Assembly (NCBI GenBank): GCA_964016885.1
Contig: OZ024766.1
Span: 15,996,001-16,060,000, forward strand
Source of the DNA: Eledone cirrhosa
Taxonomy: Eukaryota
Direction: 5' to 3'
DNA length: 64,000 nucleotides
This document shows, in pieces, positions 41,005 through 54,400 of this stretch (positions are counted from its first letter, which is position 1; each line of letters starts with the position of its first letter). The translations under genes were made by a program, and so were the position numbers. The notes under the pieces were generated by a model that was not told where the DNA came from, made no database searches, and saw only the letters and a program-made list of their open reading frames with translations.

Positions 41005-42759
41005 ATGGAAAATATATTGAGTGAAAAGAAAATTAAATGTGAAACAATGTCTAAAGATATGGCTATTACAGAAGAGATGTCAAAGGATAGAGGAGAGAAG
41101 CCATATCACTGTGATATCTGTGGTAAATCATTCTCTGTTAGTAGTAAATTAACTAGTCACAAACGTACCCATACAGGAGAGAAGCCATACCACTGTGATA
41201 TCTGTGTTAAATCATTCTCTCAAAGTAGTATATTAACTAGCCACAAACGTATACATACAGGTGACAAACCATATCACTGTGATATCTGTGGTAAATCATT
41301 CTCTCAAAGTAGTACCTTAACTAGACACAAACGTATACATACAGTAGAGAAGCCATATCACTGTGATATCTGTGGTAAATCATTCTTTCTTAATGGTAAT
41401 TTAACAAGCCACAAACGTACACATACGGGAGAGAAGCCATACCACTGTGATGTCTGTGGTAAATCATTCTCTCAAAGTAGTAATTTAACTAGCCACATAC
41501 GTATACATACAGGTGAGAAACAACATCACTGTGATATCTGTGGTAAATCATTCTCTCAAGGTGGTCACTTAACTGGCCACAAACGGACACATACAGGTGA
41601 GAAGCCATATCGCTGTGATATCTGTGGTAAATCATTCTCTGACAGTGGTACCTTAACTAGCCACAAACGTACCCATACAGGAGACAAACCATATCACTGT
41701 GATATCTGTGGTAAATCATTCTCTCAAAGTAGTATATTAACTAACCACATGCATATACATACAGGTGAGAAACCATATCGCTGTGATATCTGTGGTAAAT
41801 CATTCTCTCTAAGTAGTATATTAACTTTTCACATACGTACCCATACAGGTGACAAACCATATCACTGTGATATCTGTGGTAAATCATTCTCTGTTAGTAG
41901 TAAATTAACTAGTCACAAACGTACCCATACAGGAGAGAAGCAATACCACTGTGATATCTGTGTTAAATCATTCTCTCAAAGTAGTATATTAACTAGCCAC
42001 AAACGTATACATACAGGTGACAAACCATATCACTGTGATATCTGTGGTAAATCATTCTCTCAAAGTAGTACCTTAACTAGACACAAACGTATACATACAG
42101 TAGAGAAGCCATATCACTGTGATATCTGTGGTAAATCATTCTTTCTTAATGGTAATTTAACAAGCCACAAACGTACACATACGGGAGAGAAGCCATACCA
42201 CTGTGATGTCTGTGGTAAATCATTCTCTCAAAGTAGTAATTTAACTAGCCACATACGTATACATACAGGTGAGAAACAACATCACTGTGATATCTGTGGT
42301 AAATCATTCTCTCAAGGTGGTCACTTAACTGGCCACAAACGGACACATACAGGTGAGAAGCCATATCGCTGTGATATCTGTGGTAAATCATTCTCTGACA
42401 GTGGTAACTTAACTAGCCACAAACGTACCCATACAGGAGACAAACCATATCACTGTGATATCTGTGGTAAATCATTCTCTCAAAGTAGTATATTAACTAA
42501 CCACATGCATATACATACAGGTGAGAAACCATATCGCTGTGATATCTGTGGTAAATCATTCTCTCTAAGTAGAATATTAACTTTTCACATACGTACCCAT
42601 ACAGGTGACAAACCATATCACTGTGATATCTGTGGTAAATCATTCTCTGAAAGTTGTAACTTAACTAGACACAAACGTATACATACAGTAGAGAAGCCAT
42701 ATCACTGTGATATCTGTGGTAGATCATTGTCTAAATGTTGTATCTTCACTAGACACTAA
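41005..42759 (+). CDS. Poly-C2H2 zinc-finger protein, paralogue 5 (584 aa; 19 fingers plus 1 incomplete)
   Basis: Intact ORF with an internal 756-bp duplication; the C-terminus is fused to a dead tail finger (SKCCIFTRH*). Confidence 0.92.
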   Translation: MENILSEKKIKCETMSKDMAITEEMSKDRGEKPYHCDICGKSFSVSSKLTSHKRTHTGEKPYHCDICVKSFSQSSILTSHKRIHTGDKPYHCDICGKSFSQSSTLTRHKRIHTVEKPYHCDICGKSFFLNGNLTSHKRTHTGEKPYHCDVCGKSFSQSSNLTSHIRIHTGEKQHHCDICGKSFSQGGHLTGHKRTHTGEKPYRCDICGKSFSDSGTLTSHKRTHTGDKPYHCDICGKSFSQSSILTNHMHIHTGEKPYRCDICGKSFSLSSILTFHIRTHTGDKPYHCDICGKSFSVSSKLTSHKRTHTGEKQYHCDICVKSFSQSSILTSHKRIHTGDKPYHCDICGKSFSQSSTLTRHKRIHTVEKPYHCDICGKSFFLNGNLTSHKRTHTGEKPYHCDVCGKSFSQSSNLTSHIRIHTGEKQHHCDICGKSFSQGGHLTGHKRTHTGEKPYRCDICGKSFSDSGNLTSHKRTHTGDKPYHCDICGKSFSQSSILTNHMHIHTGEKPYRCDICGKSFSLSRILTFHIRTHTGDKPYHCDICGKSFSESCNLTRHKRIHTVEKPYHCDICGRSLSKCCIFTRH

Positions 42760-43270
42760 CATATACAGGAGAGGAACCATATCACTGTGTTGTCTGTGGT
42801 AAATCATTTTCTAAATGTTGTGGTACCAACATAAGGTTACTTAATGTAACACAAACACAGTCAGACAAGATAAAAACCAAGTCACTCACCCAAAATAGTG
42901 CCACCAATGTTGTTAATGTTTTGAATAAAACTTGTTTGTTCTGAAATTATTCTCCTTTCATTTTATTTGTAGAAGTTGTAACCAAGACTTATGCTGACAA
43001 ATCTGTATGGTACAGAATTTACAAACACTATATATATATATATATATATATATATGTGCCAAAACATCTATGATCTCGGTTTACAGCTGATGAAGGGTTT
43101 CTTCTCTCCTTTCATCCATATTACCATCTTAAACTTTGTTTACAGTAACCACACACCTCCTTTCGTTTCTTATGATTTTATATATATATATAACAAAGGA
43201 GGTGTGGTAAAGAACCAAATGGACCATATACGCACCAGAGTACTCAATACTTACGGTAGTAGAGCGGGTA

Positions 43271-43393
43271 ATAGGAAAATGTTTAACCCCGACGGCAGAG
43301 CTCAATCCGTTTCGACGGCTATTTCTGGAAACAGTCCAGAAATAACCGTCGAAATGGCTTGAGCTCTGCCGTCGGGGTTAAACATTTTCCTAT
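43271..43393. repeat. Palindrome A, copy 5
   Basis: Same inverted repeat as 1875-1997. Confidence 0.9.
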
Positions 43394-43725
43394 ATATATA
43401 TATATGTATATATATATGTATGAGTGTATATGTCAGTGTGTAGAAGTTTCTGTCCATGAAAATGATTATCTGTATTTGTGTATATGTGTGTGTGTATATA
43501 TGTATGTGTATGTTTATATGTGTTCTTATATACATGTGTGCACATCTTGATATATTTTCAGTGTCTGTTCTAGTTCTCAGAGTACAAATCCCACTGAGGT
43601 AAACTTGCTTCGATATTTTGAGGCCAATAAATGAAATACCAGTGAAATACTGGGGTGGTTAAATCCTCTTCTTTGTCATTGTCTGTTTGTCTACTCTTCT
43701 CTTTCTCTGTATTTATATATATATA

Positions 43726-43921
43726 TCCAAAATTAAGATAAATTAAAATAAAATTAATGTAAATCAAATTATGGGAGTCATGCCAGAAAGACATGTGACA
43801 TATCACCCGTAAAATAAGCTCCATGGAGCTTATTTTACGGGTGATATGGCGCATGTCTTTCTGGCATGACACCCATAATTTGATTTACATTAATTTTATT
43901 TTAATTTATCTTAATTTTGGA
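43726..43921. repeat. Palindrome B, copy 5 (nearly perfect)
   Basis: Only ~3 mismatches between the ~98-bp arms. Confidence 0.9.
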
Positions 43922-44374
43922 AATATATATATAAATACGGCCTCTTAATTGTAGAGCTAACTCTGTTGAAAGGACCTGACTGCTGTTTCTAGTTGTCAAT
44001 AACCCTATTCACGCCACTGGGACGAAGCTGGTATGATGTGTGTATTTTTAGTAGATACAGCACGTGTTACTGGTCAGTCGCTGATTTGAACTTGACGCGT
44101 AAACACAGATGGTTGGACTTCTTCCTTGTTGAGAATCCAAGATCTGGCTACTGTCGTTTACCAATCGATTAATTGGTGAAATATATTTCTTTAATGGAAT
44201 ATATACAAGGAAGATTAATCGTTTTCTAAGGTATCTATTTTTGAAGTTCTAGTTAAACTTTATTTAGTTACCTACCTAGCTATGTGTGCTTACACACTTT
44301 TACAAATTATCCCCTGTGATTGTTTCATATGTTTATTTATATGTCAATCAATTTCTAGTTGATATATATATATA

Positions 44375-44851
44375 TCCATGGCTGTCTTATTTAACTGACT
44401 ACTCCAGTGACTGCTCCTTCTAGTCTCTTCTTCCAATGTCAGTTGTCATACAGGTGTCCATGGCTGTCTTATTTTACTGGCTACTCCAGTGATTGCTCCT
44501 TCTAATCCCTTCTTCCAATGTCAGTTGTCATACAGGTGTGCATGGCTGTCTTATAAAACTAGCTACTCCAGTGACTGCTCCTTCTAGTCCATTCTTCCAA
44601 TGTCAGTTGTCATACAGGTGTCCATGGCTGTCTTATTTAACTGGCTACTCCAGTGACTGCTCCTTCTGGTCCCTTCTTCCAATGTCAGTTGTCATACAGG
44701 AGTCCATGGCTGTCTTATTTAACTGGCTACTCCAGTGATTGCTCTTTCTAGTCTCTTCTTCCAATGTCAGTTGTCATACAGGAGTCCATGGCTGTCTTAT
44801 TTTACTGGCTACTCCAGTGACTGCCCCTTCTTGTCTCTTCTTCCAATGTCA
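44375..44851. repeat. 82-bp satellite array 5 (~6 monomers)
   Basis: Same monomer, fused directly to a (TA)n run. Confidence 0.94.
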
Positions 44852-45266
44852 ATTGCCATGCAGGAGTTGATGTTCTTTAAATGCTTCTTGGTATGTGCTG
44901 CACTCTCCCACGAAATCACCTGAGATCCTCAAATGTCGTTGGTCCTTGAACAATAAGCAGAAGTGGCTGTAAATAAAAACTCTCTCTGTTGTTGGGGTGG
45001 TCATTGTAAACATGCCCAATAGCATCACTTGCCTTGACTTCATCACCTTCCAGTAAATGACCCTGCTTCCTTTGATTCCAAGTCTTACAATTGGTCCAGG
45101 CGTAGTATTTTGGGATGTCAGCATATAGGAGGGATCGAACAAATTCTTTATTCTGGCAGAGTTTCAAAAAAGCAGTTAGAGTAGTGTCAGGTGGTGCTGG
45201 TGTCAACTGATGAGCAGTGGTTTCAGTGAAGTACACACTCTGTCCATTTTCTATATGTATAGAGAT
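44852..45266 (-). mobile_element. Helitron RepHel fragment copy 5 (distal part deleted)
   Basis: ORF 44916-45281 homologous to 5044-5409. Confidence 0.85.
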
Positions 45267-48200
45267 AAGGATGAAAAGCAAAGTTAATCCCTCAGAGGTT
45301 AGCTTTGCCTTTCATCCCTACGGGGTCGGTAAAATAAAGTACCAGTAATGTACTGGGGTATTGCTGGCCTTGTGCCTAATGTAGAAACAATTATTACGGG
45401 GTCGATAAAATAAAGTACCAGTAATTCACTGGCGTATTTACTGGCCTTGTGCCTAAAGTAGAAACAATTATTACGGGGTCGATAAAATAAAGTACCAGTA
45501 ATACACTAGGGTAATTGCTGGCCTTGTGCCAAAAGTAGAAACAATTATCACATTTCTTTTTAATAAATCACATCACTATAGAATTAAATACTACTGGAAA
45601 GGTGTGTGAAGGTACTAAATTATGTCAGGGACTTGTCACGTTTGACACCGTACGAGAGTTGAAACATTCGCTAAGACACCGAGTACCTGCTGTCTTCGTT
45701 ATAACTTTAATTAATCTAATTATATCTTGTGTAACAATTATATATATATACACACACACAATATTAATTCCCCGACATCAGTCTTACACTGTCATATATA
45801 TTCTTACTTTACAATTGTGTCTACTAAGAGTTCCATTACAATCTGTAGTAGTAAAACTACTATTTCACCAGAACATCTGCTCTCAGTCATTTATAGACAA
45901 TATATATATTTTAGACCACATATCAACCTAATATATATATATTTCCTATCAAATCTGTAGCTAAAGACATAAAGTCAGCGTCACTACTTCATTCTGACAA
46001 GATATCAATTTATGACTAAAGATGAAGAAGATACACCAACGTTAATGTCGTGAAATAAAGCTGATAACATTGAAACTTCTAATTTGATAACAAAGAGATT
46101 ATTTCTTTGGTTGTTTAGTAACAACTAACAACACAATACATTGATTATATGTGAAGGAGGTAAGTTGACAAAGATTTACTTAATGTCTAGATTAATGTGT
46201 GTAAATAATATAATTATGTGACCCCTACAACGCACCAGTAATTAACCAGATTCCACTGTTACATGTGATATAAAATATATTGTTATGACTGTCTTTATTA
46301 TTTAAATTACCTCCGTCTATTTAATTATCTTGTTCACTACCGTACATTATAAAATATAGTTTATATTTAGCGATACTTTGTTATTGCTTTAAGTAAGTTA
46401 AAGCTATATTTATTATTTAAATTACCTCCGTCTATTTAATTATGTGGTTCACTACCTTACATTATAAAATGTATTTTATATTCAGCTGTACCTTGTTATT
46501 GCTTTAAGTAAATTAATATTTTGTCTATTTTAGTCTAAATCTCTTACAATTTAATTAACTTCATCTACTTATGGTTGAACATTACTTTATTGTGGGTTTC
46601 ATTTCATTATAATTATGTCTGATTTAGCCAGCCAAGTAGGGGTTGAGTATCTGTATTTCAGGGAACTGCTTTGATGGTGAAGGGTCATCTGTTGGTGTGG
46701 GATCTCGGTGGCTGTACATAATAAGGTTCTAATACTCTAAAGAGCTAGCTGAATAACCGTCTGCTACATGTCTTGTATACAGGATCATAAAGCCATGTAT
46801 AGAAGAGCAGTCAGCAATGTCAGGATTTACATTTATTATAGTGAAGTGGCAGTATCGGTAGAGAGTCGGACACCGTGCTTTGAGGCCCAGAGTTACGTCC
46901 CTTTATGATCTGAGTTCAAATCCAGCCGAGGTTAATTTTGCCTTACATCCATACGGGGTTGATAAAATAAAGTACCAGTAATGTACTGGTTAATTGCTGG
47001 CCTTGTGTTTAAAATAGAAACAATTATAGTGAATAATTTGGGGTGTAGTCTGGTGTCCACCAGGGCTCTGTTCTTAGCCCTCACTTAGTTATTATCGTCC
47101 TGCAGCCTATAACAGAGATGTTTAAGACTGGCTGCCCATGGGAACTCCTGTATGCACAGCAGGTCCTGAAGAATGCGATCATATGCATTTTCAAGGTCTG
47201 TAAAACGATAATATATACCTCTTAGCAATAGTCCCACGATTTCTCAAAGACCTGCCACAGTGTGAATATTTGGTGGATTATGTTGCACCCAGGGAGCAAA
47301 CAGCACTGTCCATCAGCTAGCTCTGACTCGCTACATCACTTTGCCAGAAATTTAGCATATAATTTACCAGGGAGTCTTAACAAGGTGATCCCTCTCTATT
47401 TGGAACAATCTCTCGTGTCTCCCTTTTTATAAATTGGGATTATCACTCCCGATTGCCTTTGCTTGAGTGCCATTTCAGAGACCCAGGCCATCTGACACAC
47501 ATGAGTCGGTCATATTTGAGCTCTTTAATTGCTCTTGTGACCTCAGCCTCCGAGAGATTAGTTACTGCTATCAGATTCACCTCATGTACATCCGAAGATG
47601 CTGTTGTGATCGGGTTTGGGAGATCAGCAAAGTATTCTCTCCACCTCATGAGGATCCATCTCTCTGAAGAGAAGAGAAGCCCAGATGCACTCATGGTTGC
47701 AGGTGTGGAGGAAGATTTCTTGTAACTAATTAAAAACTAAAATAATTTGATTTTTCAATAAAAAGTTTCTAGGGTTTATAGATGTAAAATTTCCACTGTT
47801 AAATCTATCTCTGCTTCTTAAGTATTCTCTATTATCTCATACTGTTTCTTTTTCATTTCAGAATATCAGATGACATTGGGATAAAATATTATTTTCAATC
47901 TTGGATACATCACCTCTATTTATCATCATTTGAAGATTAAAACTTTTTAAACAGAACTTATATAACACTGTTTATATAAATCTATCAGAATTACTGTGAA
48001 AATTATTGTTTTCACTCTTGGATACATCACCGTTATTTATCATCATTTGAAGATTAAAACTTTTTAAACAGAACTTATATAACACTGTTTATACAAATCT
48101 ATCAGAATTACTGTGATATATTTCCTCAGAACTGAGTTTAAAGCCAAAATTTCTTTTCTTCACTGTGTGGTGTATATATGAGAGATATATTTTGTATTTT

Positions 48201-48358
48201 AACTCAACTTCAATGACAAAGAAGTTTGCATCATCTTCAGGTATTAACTGAGATCATAATTGAGCGAAATATAACAGAAGAAATATTTTTTAGGAATATA
48301 ATATAAAAAATATTAAAGAATAACATCTGTAAATTCTGCCAAGGGAAGAAGAATTATT

Positions 48359-49216
48359 ATGGAAAATAAATTGAGTGAAAAGAAGATTAAATGTGAAAGC
48401 ATGACTAAAGATATGGCTATTACAGAAGAGATGTCAAAGGATAGAGGAGAGAAGCCATATCACTGTGATGTGTGTGGTAAATCATTCTCTCAAAGTAGTA
48501 CCTTAACTAGACACAAACGTACACATACGGGAGAGAAGCCATACCACTGTGATATCTGTGGTAAATCATTCTCTCGAAGTATTATATTAACTAGCCACAT
48601 GCGTATACATACAGGTGACAAGCCATATCACTGTGATATCTGTGGTAAATCATTCTCTGAAAGTGGTCACTTAACTAGCCACAAACGTACACATACAAGA
48701 GAGAAGCCATATCACTGTGATATCTGTGGTAAATCATTTTCTCAGAGTAATGCCTTAACTAGACACAAACGTATACATACAGGAGACACGCCATATCACT
48801 GTGATATCTGTGGTAAATCATTCTCTGAAAGTGGTAACTTAACTAGCCACAGACGTATACATCCGGGAGACAAGCCATACCACTGTGATATCTGTGGTAA
48901 ATCATTCTCTGATAGTAGTACCTTAACTAGACACAAACGTACACATACAGGAGAGAAGCCATATCACTGTGATATCTGTGGTAAATCGTTCTCTCAAAGT
49001 AGTCACTTAACTAAACACTTACGTATCCATACAGGAGACACGCCATATCACTGTGATATCTGTGGTAAATCATTCTCTCAAAGTAGTAACTTAACTCAAC
49101 ACTTACGTATCCATACAGGTGAGAAGCCACATCACTGTGATATCTGTGGTAAATCATTCTCTCAATTAAGTAATTTAACTAAACACAAATTTACCCATAC
49201 AGGTAAGAAACCATAA
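48359..49216 (+). CDS. Poly-C2H2 zinc-finger protein, paralogue 6 (285 aa, 9 fingers)
   Basis: Intact ORF with leader [14 protein letters not shown]... and terminal [13 protein letters not shown]. Confidence 0.92.
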   Translation: MENKLSEKKIKCESMTKDMAITEEMSKDRGEKPYHCDVCGKSFSQSSTLTRHKRTHTGEKPYHCDICGKSFSRSIILTSHMRIHTGDKPYHCDICGKSFSESGHLTSHKRTHTREKPYHCDICGKSFSQSNALTRHKRIHTGDTPYHCDICGKSFSESGNLTSHRRIHPGDKPYHCDICGKSFSDSSTLTRHKRTHTGEKPYHCDICGKSFSQSSHLTKHLRIHTGDTPYHCDICGKSFSQSSNLTQHLRIHTGEKPHHCDICGKSFSQLSNLTKHKFTHTGKKP

Positions 49217-50007
49217 CAAAGTCATATCTCATTGTCTCAAAATTGTAAATTAATTAGACACAAATACATTCATATGAGTGAGAAGCCATACCACTGTGAT
49301 ATTGTGGAGAAATTATTCTCTTGTATTGCTACATTAACTACATACAAACATAAATATATACTGGAGAAAAGCCATATCACTGTGATATCTGGGGGAAATT
49401 GTTATCTATAAAAGCTAGCTTAACTAGACACAAACATATATATACAGGAGAGAAACTATATCACTGTGATATCTGTGGGAAATCATTCTCTGAAATAAGT
49501 CACTTCACTCAGCACTAACATTTACAGAAAAGGAACCATATCACTGTGATATCTGCAGTAAATCATTCTCTAAATGTTGTGACTTCACTAGACATTAACA
49601 TATACAGGAGAGGAACCATATAATTGTGATGTCTGTGGTAAATCATTTTCTAAATGTTGTGGTACCAACATAAGGTTACTTAATGTAACACAAACACAAT
49701 CAGACAATAAAAACGATATCACTCACCCAAAATAGTGCCACCAATGTTGTTAATGTTTTGAATAAAATTTGTTTGTTTTGAAATTATTCTCCTTTCATTT
49801 TATTTGTAGAAGTTGTAACCAAGACTTATGCTGACAAATCTGTATGGTACAGAATTTACAAACACTCTATATATCTATATATGTGCCAAAACATCTATGA
49901 TGTCGTTTTACAGCTGATGAAGGGTTTCTTCTCTCCTTTCATCCATATTACCATCTTAAACTTTGTTTACAGTAACCACACAGCTCCTTTCTTTTCTTAT
50001 TATTTTA

Positions 50008-51222
50008 AATAGGAAAGAAAATAAGGCGCCGGTCCCTTCCGGGAAATGGCCATGCTCAGTGTGTAGGAAAGGCGTTGGTAGAAACTCCATTTTATGTCCC
50101 AAATGCAAAGTATGGGTGCATAAAAGATGTAGTGGGATCACAGGTAAACTAACTAAGAACATAGATTTTACATGTGGCCGGTGCTCTGGTGCAATTAGTA
50201 GCAACAAGTGCCCACAAAATACTAGCTCTTTCAATTGCGCAGAGGGTTCTATAGAAATAGTGGACAGCTTCCGTTACCTGGGTGACAAAATCAGCAGTGG
50301 GGGAGGGTGCTCTGAAAGTACAGTAGCTAGAGTCAGAACTGGATGGAAAAAGTTGAGAGAGCTTATACCACTATTAGCCGCTAAAGGGTTCTCCCTAAAA
50401 ATGAAAGGCATGTTGTATGATGCCTGCATACGAACAGCAATGTTACATGGCAGTGAGACCTGGGCATTGTGTGCAGAGGATATACGCAGACTAGAGAGAA
50501 ACGAAGCTTGCATGCTCCGCTGGATGTGTAATAGTAATATACGTAATCGGCAAAGCATAAACGAACTAAGGGGAAAATTAGAAATAAGAGGGGTCAGATG
50601 TTGTTTAGTCGAGAGAATGGTACGTTGGTATGGTCACGTGATGCGCATGAAAGACGACAGCTGTATAAAAAAGCACAGGGCAATAAAGATAGACGGTAGC
50701 CACGGAGTAGGCAGACCCAGAAAAACCTGGGACGACCTGATAAATTCCAACCTCACACACTTACACCTCTCCAAGACAATTTCACTGGACCGAGATCTTT
50801 GGCGGTACTCAGTAATAGAGAAGACCCGCCTTACCTAAGTACAAAGTAAAACCTACTACAGTCAGTAGGCATCTCTAACAAAAAACACCCCCATCCCCCC
50901 CCACCCCACCACACCGCCCCTTTCAATATAAAGTTATGTTGGTGCCACAACATCCAGGCCGAAACAAATGAGATCGTGTAGGTGTCACGACAAAAAAAAC
51001 ACAGTCCACGCTGTAATGTGGCCGTGTAGGCAACACGGTAAAAACCTCCCAGTCCCACACTGTAAATATGGTTGGTGTTAGGAAGGGCATCCAGCTGTAG
51101 AAAACCTGCCAGACAGTCCTATGCATGCAAGACAACCACTCTTGCCTCAAGTGGGAAAACTCCCGTCCAAACCCATGCAAGCGTGGAAAATGGACGTAAA
51201 GCGATGATGATGATGATGAAGA
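50008..51222 (+). mobile_element. Young 5'-truncated RTE-type LINE with a PHD-like Cys/His insert, intact C-terminal frame and (GAT)n tail
   Basis: Open frame to 50838: KWPCSVCRKGVGRNSILCPKCKVWVHKRC..FTCGRC, IEIVDSFRYLG, AMLHGSETW, MLRWM, RWYGHVMR, GRPRKTW. The 3'UTR ends ggacgtaaagcgatgatgatgatgatgaag. It is inserted in the (TA)n that is empty in the other five cassettes. Confidence 0.9.
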
Positions 51223-51310
51223 TATATATAACAAAGGAGGTGCAGTAAGGAACCAGATGGACCATATACGTACCAGAGTACTCAATACTTAGGGGAGTAG
51301 AGTGGGAAAC

Positions 51311-51429
51311 AGGAAAATGTTTAACACCGACGGCAGAGCTCAAGCCGTTTCGATGGCAATTTCTGGAAACAGTCCAGAAATAACCGTCGAAATGGTTTGA
51401 GCTCTGCCGTCGGGGTTAAACATTTTCCT
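51311..51429. repeat. Palindrome A, copy 6 (divergent left arm)
   Basis: Same inverted repeat with private substitutions. Confidence 0.88.
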
Positions 51430-51463
51430 ATATATATATATATATGTATGAGTGTATATGTCA

Positions 51464-54400
51464 GTGTCCATGGCTGTCTTATTTAACTGGCTACTCCAGT
51501 GACTGCTCCTTCTAGTCTCCTCTTCCAATCTCAGTTGTCATACAGAAGTCCATGGCTGTCTTATTTAACTGGCTACTCCAGTGACTGCTCCTTCTAGTCT
51601 CTTCTTCCAATGTCTGTTGTCATACAGGTGTCCATGGCTGTCTTATTTAACTGGCTACTCCAGTGACTGCCCCTTCTAATCCCTTCTTCCAATGTCATTT
51701 GTCATACAGGAGTCCATGGCTGTCTTATATAACTAGCTACTCCAGTGACTACTCCTAGTCTCTTCCAATGTCAGTTGTCATACAGGTGTCCATGGCTGAC
51801 TTATTTAACTGACTACTCCAGTGACTGCCCCTTCTAGTCTCTTCTTCCAATGTCAGTTGTCATACAGGAGTCCATGGCTGTCTTATTTAACTGACTACTC
51901 CAGTGACTGCTCCTTCTAGTCTCTTCTTCCAATGTCAGTTGTCATACAGGTGTCCATGGCTGTCTTATTTAACTAGCTACTCCAGTGACTGCCCCTTCTT
52001 GTCTCTTCTTCCAATGTCAGTTGTCATACAGGAGTCCATGGCTGTCTTATTTAACTGGCTACTCTAGTGACTGCTCCTTCTAATCCCTTCTTCCAATGTC
52101 AGTTGTCATACAGGAGTCCATGGCTGTCTTATTTAACTGGCTACTCCAGTGATTGCTCTTTCTAGTCTCTTCTTCCAATGTCAGTTGTCATACAGGAGTC
52201 CATGGCTGTCTTATTTAACTGGCTACTCCAGGACTGCTCCTTCTAGTCCCTTCATCCAATGTCAGTTGTCATACAGGAGTCCATGGCTGTCTTATTTAAC
52301 TGGCTACTCCAGTGACTGCTCCTTCTAGTCCCTTCTTCCAATCTCAGTTGTCATACAGAAGTCCATGGCTGTCTTATTTAACTGGCTACTCCAGTGACTG
52401 CTCCTTCTAGTCCCTTCTTCCAATGTCAGTTGTCATACAGGTGTCCATGGCTGTCTTATTTAACTGGCTACTCCAGTGACTGTTCATTCTAGTCTCTTCT
52501 TCCAATGTCAGTTGTCATACAGGAGTCCATGGCTGTCTTATTTAACTGGCTACTCCAGTGACTGTTCATTCTAGTCTCTTCTTCCAATGTCAGTTGTCAT
52601 ACAGGTGTCCATGGCTGTCTTATTTAACTGGCCACTCCAGTGACTGCTCCCTCTAGTCCCTTCTTCCAATGTCAGTTGTTATACACGAGTCCACGGCTGT
52701 CTTATTTAACTGGCTACTCCAGTGACTGCTCCTTCTCGTCTATCTTTCCAATAGCAGTTGTCGTACAGGAGTCCATGGCTGTCTTATTTAACTGGCTACT
52801 CCAGTGACTGTTCATTCTAGTCTCTTCTTCCAATGTCAGTTGTCATACAGGAGTCCATGGCTGTCTTATTTAACTGGCTACTCCAGTGACTGTTCATTCT
52901 AGTCTCTTCTTCCAATGTCAGTTGTCATACAGGTGTCCATGGCTGTCTTATTTAACTGGCCACTCCAGTGACTGCTCCCTCTAGTCCCTTCTTCCAATGT
53001 CAGTTGTTATACACGAGTCCACGGCTGTCTTATTTAACTGGCTACTCCAGTGACTGCTCCTTCTCGTCTATCTTTCCAATAGCAGTTGTCGTACAGGAGT
53101 CCATGGCTGTCTTATTTAACTGGCTACTCCAGTGACTGCTCCTGCTAGTCTCTTCTTCCAATGTCAGTTGTCGTACAGGAGTCCATGGCTGTCTTATTTA
53201 ACTGGCTACTCCAGTGACTGCTCCTGCTAGTCTCTTCTTCCAATGTCAGTTGTCGTACAGGAGTCCATGGCTGTCTTATTTAAATGGCTACTCCAGTGAC
53301 TGCTCCTTCTCGTCTCTCTTTCCAATATCAGTTGTCGTACAGGAGTCCATGGCTGTCTTATTTAACTGGCTACTCCAGTGACTGCTCCTGCTAGTCTCTT
53401 CTTCCAATGTCAGTTGTCGTACAGGAGTCCATGGCTGTCTTATTTAACTGGCTACTCCAGTGACTGCTCCTGCTAGTCTCTTCTTCCAATGTCAGTTGTC
53501 GTACAGGAGTCCATGGCTGTCTTATTTAACTAGCTACTCCAGTGACTGCCCCTTCTTGTCTCTTCTTCCAATGTCAGTTGTCATACAGGAGTCCATGGCT
53601 GTCTTATTTAACTGGCTACTCTAGTGACTGCTCCTTCTAATCCCTTCTTCCAATGTCAGTTGTCATACAGGAGTCCATGGCTGTCTTATTTAACTGGCTA
53701 CTCCAGTGATTGCTCTTTCTAGTCTCTTCTTCCAATGTCAGTTGTCATACAGGAGTCCATGGCTGTCTTATTTAACTGGCTACTCCAGGACTGCTCCTTC
53801 TAGTCCCTTCATCCAATGTCAGTTGTCATACAGGAGTCCATGGCTGTCTTATTTAACTGGCTACTCCAGTGACTGCTCCTTCTAGTCCCTTCTTCCAATC
53901 TCAGTTGTCATACAGAAGTCCATGGCTGTCTTATTTAACTGGCTACTCCAGTGACTGCTCCTTCTAGTCCCTTCTTCCAATGTCAGTTGTCATACAGGTG
54001 TCCATGGCTGTCTTATTTAACTGGCTACTCCAGTGACTGTTCATTCTAGTCTCTTCTTCCAATGTCAGTTGTCATACAGGAGTCCATGGCTGTCTTATTT
54101 AACTGGCTACTCCAGTGACTGTTCATTCTAGTCTCTTCTTCCAATGTCAGTTGTCATACAGGTGTCCATGGCTGTCTTATTTAACTGGCCACTCCAGTGA
54201 CTGCTCCCTCTAGTCCCTTCTTCCAATGTCAGTTGTTATACACGAGTCCACGGCTGTCTTATTTAACTGGCTACTCCAGTGACTGCTCCTTCTCGTCTAT
54301 CTTTCCAATAGCAGTTGTCGTACAGGAGTCCATGGCTGTCTTATTTAACTGGCTACTCCAGTGACTGCTCCTGCTAGTCTCTTCTTCCAATGTCAGTTGT

